From positions 14,384,001 through 14,448,000 of the forward strand of contig JAQFVV010000009.1 of NCBI GenBank assembly GCA_028023455.1: a stretch of 64,000 bases of DNA. The letters are read 5' to 3'. The position numbers and the translations under genes are program-made. Positions 1 through 12,670 of the stretch are shown piece by piece. The notes under the pieces are model-generated. The model made no database searches. It was given only the letters and a program-made list of their open reading frames with translations, and was not told the origin of the DNA. This DNA comes from Epiperipatus broadwayi. Its lineage: Eukaryota > Animalia > Onychophora. Numbering within the stretch: position 1 is the stretch's first letter; every line of letters starts with the position of its first letter.

Positions 1-63
1 GCTTTACCAACTATGCCTAACAGCACAGGGCTTAATAGATAATATACGTATACAAACAATTCT

Positions 64-136
64 TAGCATAGCTGTATTTCAAGAAGCTGGCCCGGGTTCA
101 CTTGCCGGTCAACGCTTTGACATGGGGGAAAAAAAA
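64..136 (+). mobile_element. tRNA-derived SINE, 5'-truncated copy
   Basis: Aligns by eye with the SINE at 8802-8903 (tagcatagctg...ccgggttcacttgccggtcaacgctttgacat) and ends in an A-run; B-box-like GGTTCAC. Confidence 0.65.
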
Positions 137-1088
137 GAAGCAATTCTTTTTTGCTTTTGTTTATATTACTGAATAAGTACACCTAAACCCCACTTAGCAA
201 TGGCAATTGGTCTTCCAAAACTCATCATTAAGCAAGAATATCGTATACAGAATATGTATTTATAATGGGGGATTATGAGGAAAAAATTGGTCGGTTCCAG
301 TCGACTATGTAAAATATCCACATTGGTTTTCAAGTTCAAAGATTTTCTTGATTTTTTCATGGCAATGATGACTAAATACGGTATCTAAAATAAAAGTTTT
401 ATATCACTAGGGGAAAAAAGCATATTTTCACTGTTTAAAAAGTACAGTACAGCAAAGAGAAAGAGAAAATGAAACTAAATTTGAATTTAAAAGTTTTTAT
501 ATTCTTCCGCAGAAGTTTTTCATCGTAATAAAAAAAAAAAATTAATACTGAAATGCATTTTTTAAAAATTTGTATTACAGTACATATTACTGTACATTTA
601 TGTTTATTACTTATGTGAAATTATTCAAATTAAAAAACAATATTTAATTATAAATTATTTAATTGAACATAAAGACTTATTACTGTACTCCGAGTAAGTA
701 AAGACTTAATGCCTATTGTAAATCAGTCAACTTTAGAAAAAAAAAATCAACTTATTTTAAAAGAAAAAAAAAATCTATTCTAATTTTCTAAAACATACGC
801 TAAGTTTATTTTTCTTACTGCATATTTTTACTAATGTAATGGTGTCTCCCCCCCTCCCATTCATGTAGAAAAATTATTCATTAACACTTATTTTAAATGC
901 AATCCATTTTTCTTTTTAAAATTTTTTCTAATTCAACATTCTCACTTTAAAATGTTGTTTTTCTTTTGATTTGAAACTACTTGGTGTACATTATTAAGGA
1001 ACACACACATGCGATTTAATATTAGTATTTAGTGTTTTCCTGAAAGTTTGTGATGATGGTATTTTAGTTGTACTGTTTTTATCTTCTA

Positions 1089-1196
1089 ATATAAGTGTTG
1101 AATGTCTAGAAAAATTAAACTTTATTTAAAGAATCCAAGTCTGTACATTATATTTAAATAAAGTTTAATTTTTCTAAAAACATTCAATACTTATAT
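1089..1196. repeat. short foldback / MITE-like palindrome
   Basis: About 42-bp arms: ataagtgttgaatgtctagaaaaattaaactttatttaaa versus the reverse complement of tttaaataaagtttaatttttctaaaaacattcaatacttat, with a 22-bp spacer. Confidence 0.8.
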
Positions 1197-3520
1197 GTAT
1201 ACAGTATTATAGATTCAGTAATTATATATATTTTAACTTTATGTTTTATAATCAAAATACTGAATGCAGCACTAACATTGTGTTTTATGAATAAAATATT
1301 GTATGTGCTATACAATTACAGCAAATTCATTACCTGTATACATATTACAGTAATGTACTTTTGCTTTTGGGTAAAATGAATTTTAAATACCTATTTTCTG
1401 ATGTCATCAGTGACACAAAATTAAAGATAGCTGCCAAAAAAATTAAAAGAAAAAAAAATTTCCCGATCGTTATAGTGAATAATCGATTGTAAATCGAAGC
1501 AGTGAGTACAAATTGATGATGATCACTATTGTGAAATATTGCTAAGTAGACAATTGCTAAGCAGGGTAAAGGTGTAAATTGTTAATAATGTAAATGTGAT
1601 TATATGTGTTTTGTGATTATTTTTTTCGTACTGATACAGAAATCTGCAATGAAGTTGTTGCTTTTTTTGTCGTGTGTTCTGGTTAGGTCCTTTGAAAATA
1701 TGGGTGGCCTATCCTAGTTTCTTCTTTTCATGTACAGATTTTTCCATCATGTTTCTTACAATTCCATTACTTTTAGGTAAATATTGCATTGTTATTTAGC
1801 TCAGTAAAAGACTGACAGAATCGAGAGTTAAATGTTTCTGAAATAATTATGAATGAGGAAAACAAATACTAGATACTCCAGTTTGAATTCATCTGAACAG
1901 AATTCTACAATGATTAACTCAGGTGATGACATGATGTAAATATAGTTAATTACCATATGTAATACTCAATTTTATCAGAAATAAAGTTTATTCTTTAAAA
2001 AAAATGCATCTCAATAGAATTAATATATGAAACTATTGTATTCTGACTATTTTTTTGTGTTCAATAAGTTGAATTTTCAAGAAGCCTTTATCTTGCAATA
2101 AATTACAACATAAATAAATAAAAGTTCATTATGAGTTAGTGCAATTATAAAATGCCAGATTTTGAAATGAAAAGGTTCAAAAATCAGCTTGTCATTTCTC
2201 ATGTTTTAAACATTATATGACCTTCCAAAAAATGAATAAAACTCTGCATCTCTTAAAAAGATATTGTGCAATGTATTTTTATTTCTAGGCTGCATGATGT
2301 AGAAAATACAGTGTTATCATACTGAACAATGTCATTATTTTGTATATAATCTAAAAAGTAGGGATATTATTTCAACAGATAATCATTTTATAGTTAATTT
2401 ACAAACAACTTTATATTACAAGTAGTACAAAGTCATGAAATCTAAATAAAATCAATTTTAATTATCCCATTGCAGAGCAAAGTCTTCTACAGATACTCTT
2501 ATACAGGAATAGTTATATAAAATACTTGCTAGACAAAAACTAGCTGAAGAAAGAGTTTACCTTTCTTTGTATTATTCTTAGCAAATACTGGATGCTCATT
2601 AACTGATCAAAATTAGCTGGCTAAATTGATTTTAGTTTAATTGCCTAACAAAAATTTCCAAACTTGCTTGAAAACTATCAGCTGATTGAAAAAAAAGTTT
2701 TTAGTTTTAAACTGACTTTGAACCTCAGGCAGATGATATGGAAATGCACTAAACAGTAGTACATCACGATGTGTTTCTATTTTTATTTATGTAAGACTGT
2801 GTAAGTTGAAAATTAGTAATTGTTTCAAAGTTTTTTTTAATTAATTTAATTATAATCTATAATGTGAAAATAATTCCTTCCCTTATTGAATCAAAAGCAT
2901 TCAGATGTTCAAAATAAAGTTTGAATAGTTAATTATGTTGTTTACTTCTTTGCTTAATTAGTTAATGAACATTCTTAGAGAAACTAATAAGTCTAACTAA
3001 AAATTAAAATGAGCAATAAAAATGTAAATACAATTAGTGAATATAATGTAATTAATAAATCTTCTTTTAATCAACAAGTAAAAGTTTATTAAAAATAAGT
3101 GAAAATATTTAATTTTTTCCTTCAAATGCATATAACAGATGGAAAGTCAGTGCTCGTCATTGTTTATATTTACCGTGTATTTTTTTGAATATCTGTGTGT
3201 AAATAAATCTAGATCTTTCAGTTTTGCTAAATAATATCATTATTATCTATTAGTTACGCAAAATCCAAAATTTACATTTTTTTTTTTTTTTTAATTTTCG
3301 CAGTGGTTAATTTTAAAGTATTAAATATAATTTATGGAAATAATGCAGAGTAAAAATGAAAACTTTGATGAACAACGCTTTTAATGCAATTGCAAATGAA
3401 TGGAGTATAATTAATGTTCTTCATTGATATCACATGCACTATATATGTTTAAATATTTTTTGAATAACAAAAATATAAATAATAATTAAATTGTGATTTA
3501 AACTGTTACAGGTCAACTTA

Positions 3521-4027
3521 CTAATGGACATCCAAATTCCATCTTATCTTGATCAGATTGAGCATTCATTATCACAGCAGTGGATATAGAAATAGATGAG
3601 ATATATCCAATACTAGAAACAGGTCAATAGGTAATAATGCTCAGTAAATCCAATTGCTCTAATTATGGAAAGGGATCTGCTTATAAATAAGTAATACATT
3701 TGGAGATAAAGCCAGATAACCAAATAACTATCAAAGGCTAAATAGCAGTGTGCGTGTAGACCACTATAATGTTAAAGCAGTGAGGCAACTTCATACTAGA
3801 ACTGAAAAGCTTCTAGAATAGATATCTCAAATAAGACAAGCTGTCATATTATAGCTGGAAGCATCAGTTAAACCTAGAAGGGCACCTGAGTCTCTTCCTT
3901 CAACATGTGTGGCAACGTGACACTATACCTAGCCAGTGGCAACAGGTAAAGATATAAAAACTGTATATGTTACAAATATATGTTGTACATAGATAGGGGT
4001 CTATGTTTATTAAAATCACATATAAAC
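3521..4027. repeat. unclassified ~500-bp interspersed repeat (family B), copy 1
   Basis: Colinear with 5799-6303 from ctaatggac to aatcacatataaac; no TIR, ORF or ribozyme motif found. Confidence 0.75.
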
Positions 4028-4399
4028 ACAATGGATTTGATGCAGCCATGATAGGATCTTATTCCCATGGCTGTTTAGATCTTTACCAGTAATTATAAAA
4101 AATTAATAGCTAACGTCATTAACATGTCAATAAAAATTAAAGAATCAAATCTGAGTAATCACTTGTTTTCTATAAAGAAAAGTCAAAGAACAATTTTTTC
4201 TCCATGATCTGGCCTATTCTGAAAATTGGCTAATTTACATGGATTGAACACTTCTCTATATGCAAGCTATTCAAATTTTAAAAACCTGTATTAAAATAAA
4301 TAATATTTGTTACTATCTGCAATACAGAAAGATTTGAGAACTTATGAGCATAAACAACTCCACTGCTGAGCTTGATTTTGACAAAGCACTACCTCTACT

Positions 4400-5720
4400 A
4401 TTAGTGTTTTTCTGTCAAAATTCCTAATGATAATGTAGAGATATCACTCCAATTTCTGTAATCTAGGAGAAAAAAAGAAACCAAGAGAATTTGTTGCTAA
4501 ACTCAGGAAACTTGCATTTAGCTGTGAGTTTGGGGATTTTTTTAACAAAGTGCTATCACTACATTTGTGAAATGCATGTCCATGGGCTCAGAATCAAATT
4601 ATTAATTAATCCAAATATTACATTGGTATTCACAATCTCATTAACAATTCTGGCTAAATCTATGGTACTCCGGATTGCTCCATTAAAAAAAGTAGTCCCA
4701 GCATTAAAGTTGTGGATCAGGAAACCTGAACCAACTGAAAACTTTTGCAATTGGAACTAACTTAAGGAATCTACTACTAATGATAATATTGTGAGAGTTT
4801 ATTGCAGTGTTATGAACTAAAACACACACACACACACACATTGAATGACTATTTCAGTATGCAAGGTGTAGATTTTGTATGTTGGTCACATAGAAGCTGT
4901 CTATTTAAAAAGAAAAAAACAAATCACTCAGAAAAAAATAATCATTGCCAAAAAGCCAGAAAATCAATACAAAATAATAAAAAAATTAATGCCTGTATGA
5001 TCCTGCCTTTGGAAACAGAATTATGATTAATGATACACTACTAACAATGGAACTGGATATTGGGTCAACAGTATCCATTATGTTAAAAAATACATGGGCT
5101 TTTATTAATAAAAAACAGTCATCACCTGTGTCCTACCAATTGGGGAAGCTAAGGTGAAAGTTATTATCCTAAAAAAACTATATGTCTGCCTGTGATTGTA
5201 TTGGCAGATAAATATTGTAATCTTTTAAGCCATGATTGGTTTAATCACTTATGGTACGCTGTGTTCAAAGTAAATCAGATCACAAATAAAAGGAAATCAA
5301 AAAGAGTCTACTCAGATATGATTGATAAAGAACTGGAATTTGAATCCTCAATTCCATTAGTTTTTACAACAATGGTCATTAAAACAAAAGTGCTACTATG
5401 TGAATAGGTACTAAAGTCATATGCCATATGTTCAAGGGGACTACCTTCCATTAGTTGTGGAGATAATAAGATGATTGCAAACAATGATTGTTCAAACCCT
5501 ACATGGATAGCAAAATCATGGGCACAGAGACTTACTAAGATTGAACTATGGACCATGAGCCAGTTTATAAGTTTCAAAGATACCAGGCATACTAATGAAG
5601 GCACCAAATCTGTTTATGAAGATATCAGATCTGCTGACAAAGACTCCATATTTTTGATTAAAACATAATGCCTATTGATGAATATATCAAACTGGATGAT
5701 AATAGAACCAAACCTAAAGA
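4400..5720 (+). pseudogene. highly decayed Ty3/Gypsy gag-pol remnant
   Basis: Manual translation gives REFVAKLRKLAFSCEFGDF and GLRIKLLINPNITL (gag-like). Weak RT-like pieces follow: ESSIPLVF..VIKTKVLLC, PGILMKAPNLFMKISDLL, YIKLDD. Many stops. Confidence 0.5.
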
Positions 5721-5798
5721 AATCAGAAAGTGACAAAGAGGTCCACAAAAGCATCTCAGTGATTACATTCTTCAGGATTAATTTTAGTCAGGGAGGGA

Positions 5799-6303
5799 AC
5801 TAATGGACTTATCCAGATTCCATCTTATCTTTAATGAATTAAGCATTCATCATTACAGAGCAATGGATATATACATAAGATATATTCAATATCAGAAGCA
5901 GGAATAGGTGATGATGCCCAATGAATCCTATTGCTCTCATTATGGAAGGGGGATCTGGTGATAAATAGATAGTCCACTTGATATAAAGACAGACCACAAA
6001 TAACTGTCAAAGCTGAGTGACATCATGCATGTTGTCCACTATATTGTTAAAACAGTGAGGTATGTTTCCACTAGAGCTAGAAGCTAGTAGAATACAAACC
6101 AGACACAAGGTAATCTCTCATGATACAGCTGGAAGTATTAGATAAACTTAATAGACACATGGCAATAAGATGCTATACTTATCCAGTAGTATAAAGTGAT
6201 GGTCTAGCAGTTATATGTATTGTAAATACATACTTTGTATACATTAGTAAAATATTTAATCTCACCTATACGAGTCTGTATTTATCATAATCACATATAA
6301 ACA
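5799..6303. repeat. unclassified ~500-bp interspersed repeat (family B), copy 2
   Basis: Diverged direct copy of 3521-4027. Confidence 0.75.
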
Positions 6304-7813
6304 ACAAATCTGGGTGATTATTTTAGTATAATTACATTTTTCATTTATTATGCATTTATACCATTGCTCAGAAATTCATAAAAAGTTCAAAATGCAATTT
6401 AAAAACCTTGAACTAAGGTGTCCATTATTCTATCACTATATTTAAGTCATGCAAGATTATAATTTAAGTTTATCTTAGTCATAATGCAAGAAGGTTTTTC
6501 TTGTATTTGATTTAGATTGTTCTTTTTAATGCATAGTTTTAAAAACAATTATGCTAAGTAAATAATAATTATGATTCTTAGGTTATAATACTTATTTTAT
6601 ATATTTATAGTCAATATATATTTTAATCAATTGTTAATACAATTATCATCATTAGAAGGTAAAAGAATCAAATGTGTAAATATCACTAATTCTAGATTGT
6701 GTTCGTAGGTGCAGCATTGGTATATCATGAGAACGCAATCTACAATTAATGATAATTAGTAAATTTCATTATTAAAATCTTATTTTTTAAATGACAATAG
6801 CTACTTTAAGAATCATTTAAAAACATACACAATGAATGACAGGGATTCCCATTTATATATTACAATGGAAATGTTATATAAGCTATGTTATTTAGACCAA
6901 AGGCATACAGTTAAATTGCTTTAAAGTTTAACCAAGTTAGAAAATGTTATGGAGAGCAATTTAAAAAGAAAAAAGAGGTCAATATAATAAGAGATTGAAT
7001 GTGTATGCTTAATAAATGTTTGAGTACAACCATCTAAAAAGCAATAATTTGTTTTTGCAGCCATTTAACATGTTCATTCAAGGATGAAAGAATATCATCA
7101 TCTATTTAAAATAAAAATAAAAGGAGCTATGATAAAACTCTAAAATTTATTGTTCGAAACTTTGAATCATAATGCGGATTATGAAATGTTATACTTTACT
7201 ATGAAAGCTGATATTTAAACATGTATGTATATCTATGAAAATTATGAATTTATAGAAGATTATTCAGACACTAAGCTAACTAAATTCTATATCTATGAAA
7301 TATTTAAATGTTTTAATATTTAAATCATATGTCTAAATATGTGCAAACAAAATATATTAATAATGGTAAAAAAAAAATCAATATTTATATTATTATAAGG
7401 TAAAATATGAAAGTAACAATGGAATAAATTTGGAGAACAATTTTTCAATTAATATAGTAAAATCATTTATTTATTCTTAAACAAATGGTGACTTAAACAA
7501 ATGGTGATAATAAAGTTAATGCAAAGACTTTTTTTTTTCAAAGACGGAGTTTTAAAAACTGAGTTGATAATTGTGTAAGGTATAATGATTGAAATTTAGG
7601 AAAACATTGATATAATTGTAATTTAAAATAATAAAAAAATGTTATTTGAAATTAAATAAGTTGGATAAATATTAATACTTTTATACGTTTATTTTAAATT
7701 TAAATTGTACTTAAGAAAAAAAATATATCTGAGGGATTATCAGATAGATTATATGGAAAACAATAAAAAAGCATGCTAAGCACATTTAAGTAACACAGTT
7801 TAATGTTGTAGAT

Positions 7814-8281
7814 CATTGGGTGGCCAACAAGTCGATCGTGATCCACCGTTGATCGCAAGGTCATTTTAGTCGATCGCGAGGCCAATCTGGCAGGACCTAT
7901 GTTGTAACGAGTGAAACAAATTAATTCAAGTTTTCCAAGTTTTTTTTGTTATTTTTGTTTTTGTTCTAATTTTTTTTTTCAATTCTAGATAGGTGAAGTC
8001 CACCAAGTCGAATCATTATTGAAAATAATATTTTTAATCTTGATTTAATGTAGCTAATTTGAATTAATAAATATTGTGAATAATTTACTCATGTTGCTTT
8101 AATTCCTCTCCGGACATTTTTGGCCCATTAAATAATTGTTATTTTTTACTAAGTAGATATATAAAACTAGTAGTATTTCACATCTCCCTCCACTTAGACT
8201 ACGCTTATGACAACAAGTCGAGCGCAACACATTTTAAAAATAAAAAGTAGATCTTATGAACACAAAAGTTGGCCACCATTG
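7814..8281. mobile_element. hAT (Buster-type) MITE
   Basis: Termini cattgggtggccaac ... gttggccaccattg; exact 8-bp TSD ttgtagat at 7806-7813 and 8282-8289, with TA at positions 4-5. Confidence 0.9.
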
Positions 8282-8801
8282 TTGTAGATAACTTAGTGAA
8301 TATTTATTCAGAACTGTATTGTATAAATTCCAATAATATAGTAGAAATGATCATAGCAAAAAGGAGGGAAACTGATATTAAGTTTATAAGAAAAATAAAG
8401 ATGTCAACAATGATTAACTGTTACTATTATGATACATTTATCATCGTGCATAAACTATATACGCAAATTACAAATGTTAGTTGAGTCATCTGTTTAGTCT
8501 CTTAAAATGTAATCACTGATATAGAGTATTTTTAAATAGGGGTCTAGAGATTTAACATATTTTGCATACCATAAGTCATGAGCCAATTTACAAATAGAAA
8601 AGTAAAAATAACTGATATAGACCAACTATACTTGCAAGGAGTGAACAACTCAAACTTGGAGATTTGTCTTGCAAGAGAATTTTTTACAGACTGTCTAAAA
8701 AAGTTTTTTTCTCAAAATTTTACCATAAACATGATATGGTATGATAATAAAAGAGAGTTTTATTTAAATATAATTCTGAGATCAAAATAATTACATTTAT
8801 T

Positions 8802-8903
8802 ATTAATTTTTTTTTATGTGTCAAAGCGTCGGCTGGGAAGCGAACCCTGAGACAACTGCTTGTAAAGCAACTGTGCTACTCACTCAGCCACCAATGCTTG
8901 ACT
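8802..8903 (-). mobile_element. short tRNA-derived SINE
   Basis: Minus strand has A-box TGGCTGAGTGA, B-box GGTTCGCTTCC and an A-rich tail; 17-bp TSD aaataattacatttatt at 8785-8801 and 8904-8920. Confidence 0.9.
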
Positions 8904-9029
8904 AAATAATTACATTTATTCAAATAGTTTTTTTTATCATATTAGTAATTTTGATTGGAAAAAAAAATAAATATTGAAGTCCTCATTACTACTTTTTTTT
9001 ACATTTAAATACAAGTATATACACTTAAC

Positions 9030-9796
9030 ATCACATGATCACTATTTCTTATGCTTACACAAACTGTTGACATAGAGCCTAAACTTTTCATACAGCACCA
9101 CCAGTGCAAGCCAGACTAATCAATTAATGCAAGAAGGTTTGTGCATAAAATGCCTATCTAGTGTCTACTCATCCAATATCCTCAGACTAGTTTCCAGCTT
9201 GCATCAGTGAGGATCCTTGGATCTGAGAGCATTGCACCTCACTGATGCAAGCTAAAAATTAGTCTGGGGATATTGTATGAGTAGGTGTTAGATAGGCATT
9301 TTATGCACAAAGCTTCTTACATCAATGGATTACTTTGGCTTGCACTGGTGATGCTAATGTATGGATGTTTAGCCTCTGTGTAAGCAGAAGAAATGGTGAT
9401 CATGTGATGTTTAGTGGTTTAAAACCAATCCTGCTCAATAGGATTATGGTGACTCTGGTTATAAAAAAACCAAGGACACCAAAAAGTATTGCTGCTGAAC
9501 TTAGTTCAGATCTATACAACTATACGAGCTAATGAGTTTGAATTGAAAACATTATTTATGTTTTCATTTGGGACTCAAAGCTTTATAGTTAACTAATAAG
9601 ATAAAATGTGGGTTCTGGAGGGTTGCATTAAATCCTAATATCTAGGTGCAATTCTCTCAGATTCAAAACTCCTCACTGCTGAAAGCCACAAGCTGGAAAC
9701 TAGTTTGCAATATTGGGTGAGTAGGCATTAGATATTACTTTATGCACAAACCTTCTTGCATCAATTCATTACTCTGGCTTGCATTGGTGGCACTCT
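9030..9796. mobile_element. family A hammerhead-bearing repeat, locus A1 (reverse arm plus >1 forward monomer)
   Basis: Reverse arm about 9030-9239, forward array about 9237-9796. Flanking repeat gtatatacacttaac / gtatatatacttaac (9015-9029, 9797-9811). Three decayed hammerhead motifs, near 9178-9214 (-), 9237-9272 (+) and 9670-9712 (+). Confidence 0.85.
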
Positions 9797-10890
9797 GTAT
9801 ATATACTTAACTCAATGTAATTAGGGGATTTGAACCAAGACTTTCAAGCTCCCTTAAATCATCCACTCCATTTTATACAACTAATACACAAATGACCATG
9901 TACATGTAAAAAAGATAAATAATCTCCAATATACATATTTTGTCTAATAGTTGGTCCAAATCATTATCTCCCACACACATATATAATCAGTGCTCAGTTT
10001 ACATTAAGATAGCAAATCTTCTAACTTTAATGGATAGACTTTGATCTTCTCCACTCTCCCACTCTTCAGCCATCCTTATCACTGAAAATCTCATAATGAC
10101 ATATTTGAAGCCCTTATTTTGCCAATTTTGTTGTCATAGCCATGTTAACCATAAGTCATTTTGATCCTCATATGTAGCACCTTAAGACCATTTAAATACA
10201 CAGAACAGGGGAGGGAAGAATTCAGGATAAATCATGTAATATTTAAATTCTGTAAGTAAACATACTTAAACTAGTTGTAATTAAAGGGGATCTGAACCCA
10301 GACTCTCGAGCTCCTTTTATTCATCCACTCCATCTTACGTAATTTCTACACATGACCACATACATATAAAAAAGATAAATGATCTACAATATATGTATTT
10401 CATGCTGAACCTGCACTCATCAATTTATCTAAATCATAAATTGAGCTCTGATTATATATATATATGTGTGTAAATCCAGACCAACTGATGAGTATTGATT
10501 CAGCATAAAATTTATATATTTGAGATCATTGATCTTTTTTACATGTATGTATCCATGTGTATTGATTGCATAAGATGGAGTGGATGACTGAAGAGAGTTT
10601 GAAAGTCTGAATTCAACTCCTTTCTAATTACACCTAGCTTAAATATGCATACTATACTTGTATTTAAATATTACAGATTCAGTCTATATTCTTCTCATTC
10701 CTTTTCTGTATATTTAAGCAGTCTTAAAGTCTTACATATGAGGGATCAGAATGACTTATGGTCAATATTGATATGACAACAAAATTGACAAAAAAAGAGC
10801 TTTGACCATGCCATTATCAGATTTTTGGAAACCTGCCCATTAAAGTTTGAAAATTTGCTATCTTAATATAAACTGAGCACTGATTCTATT
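9797..10890. mobile_element. family C hammerhead-bearing repeat, locus C1 (reverse tandem plus forward copy, head-to-head)
   Basis: aggggat(t/c)tgaacc recurs at 9823 and 10285 (period about 462). Orientation flips near 10455. Decayed hammerhead motifs at about 10398-10422 (-) and 10481-10520 (+). Confidence 0.8.
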
Positions 10891-11554
10891 TATATTGTAA
10901 CCAGTTGGATACATAGCTGTAATAAAAAAATAATTAAATAGTTGGTAGTTCCTCAGGTTTGAGTATAAAAATTAATTAATTAAAATAATATTTAATTTTT
11001 TAGACCAATTTTTTAAAAGGTCATTATTTAACTCAATATTTTCTAAGTCCTCAATATGATAGTATGAGAATTCTCAAACATTAACTATATTTAAGAGTAT
11101 TTTTAAAAAAAAGAAAAAAAAAGGAAAGAACAAAATATGATTTTAATACTTTTGTAAATTTTACTTTTTAATTAATCAGGGTTGCTTTTTCTTTATCTCT
11201 TAATTACATTCAAAGATCAGCCTTTCAAGCTATGCTTATTTATCTCTTAATAAAAAAGAAAAATCAAATTAATACAATTAACTGATTATTTTTTTGGAAG
11301 AAAATTTGGTTTTTAATTATAAAGGAATGTCAAGAATTTTATAATATTAATTTTAAGTTCTTCAGTTGTTTTTAATATCTATGATTAAGGAAGGAATTGA
11401 TTGAACAATTGTATTTATGAAATTTTATCTAATCGGTTGTTGAAAATTATCATGTAAGAGACAAATTGTCATTGCTTATCAACAATATTGTTTTAGAAAA
11501 TATATATATTTGAAAGTGTGATTTAGTGACTATACTCAAGTATCTGGAAAGGGT

Positions 11555-11760
11555 ATTGCTAATTTAACTGTTGAAAAGAGGGTAGTCAAATATTGATCCT
11601 GCTGCTGAAAAAGACAGTAGGACAAGAAATATTGCTAATTTAACTGTTGAAGAGACAACAGTCAAATCTTAATCCTGCTGCTGAAAAAGACAGTAGAAGA
11701 ATTCCTAACTTAGCTGTTGAAGAGAAAGCTGCCCATGCTTAATCCAGTGGATACCAAGCT
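11555..11760. repeat. degenerate ~70-76 bp tandem repeat (about 2.7 units)
   Basis: att(g/c)ctaa(t/c)tta(a/g)ctgttgaa starts at 11555, 11631 and 11701; cctgctgctgaaaaagacagtag occurs twice. Confidence 0.75.
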
Positions 11761-12670
11761 ATAGAATATAATAGCAGTTTTATCAAGCTTTTAGCATACT
11801 ATGAGTTTAGCATTAAAATGATTTGTACAATGAAAACTATGTTAGATTTAGCTAAAAACTAGAGCATCATCTTTCTCTGTGTGACCTATCTTCACTGAAA
11901 TAAAAATGTAGACAAGAAGGGTACTTCCCTAAAGTAGTCTGCAATATTGCCTTTAACCAAGAGCATGTCAGTCTCACCTGGAAAATCAAGAAAACTCTAT
12001 GGACAAAATTTGCTATTTTTTGTTCATCTGAAATTGCTACAGACCAGGAAAAAAATCCTTAACCATGCATATGTCTAAGAAGGAGAAGCTCAGTTAAAAA
12101 AAAACTGGAAATCACTCCATCAACACTAAAATCATGGTTAGAGGTATTATTATTTTCGGTATGTACACACAATTTTTATTAATAAAATTTTTTTTTGTTT
12201 TCTTGTGTGGAAAAATTGACAATGTTAAATAATCCCATTAAGATATTTCAAATGGTGAACATTCTTTTTTTTAAAAAACCTAGTCGATTTTCTCTCACAA
12301 ATGATAAAATAGCTTTTTAAAAAATATAGGTGTAATTTTCTATAAATCTAAGTTTTTGTTTCTCTCAATTTGCTGTCTGAGTAGAAACAAATATTGTTAT
12401 CTTTGATTTTTGAAATGTTTAATAAGCTCTTAGTTATTTTTAAAGAAAAAAGCTTAGTGAATTTAAAGTTAATCCATGAATATTATTTATTTAATTGGTT
12501 AATATAATTTTTATGAATATATATATTAGATGAAATGTGTTTAAAATGACATAGTTTTTGTTATTACTTTGATATTAAATAATTGTTTAAAAAAATATTT
12601 TTTCTAGTCTTAATTACTTTATTCTATCCAATTCCTGTTTTATAAATTACAATGTGTGTAAACCTTATAT

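Noticed and set aside
166-389. Minus-strand ORF or exon near the window start
   Set aside because: No recognisable homology, and part of the local CpG signal is explained by the SINE at 64-136.
1640-1718. Signal-peptide-like MKLLLFLSCVLV after a splice acceptor, near a CpG-containing patch at about 1460-1500
   Set aside because: In-frame stop after 22 codons, only a weak donor, and no linked downstream exon identified.
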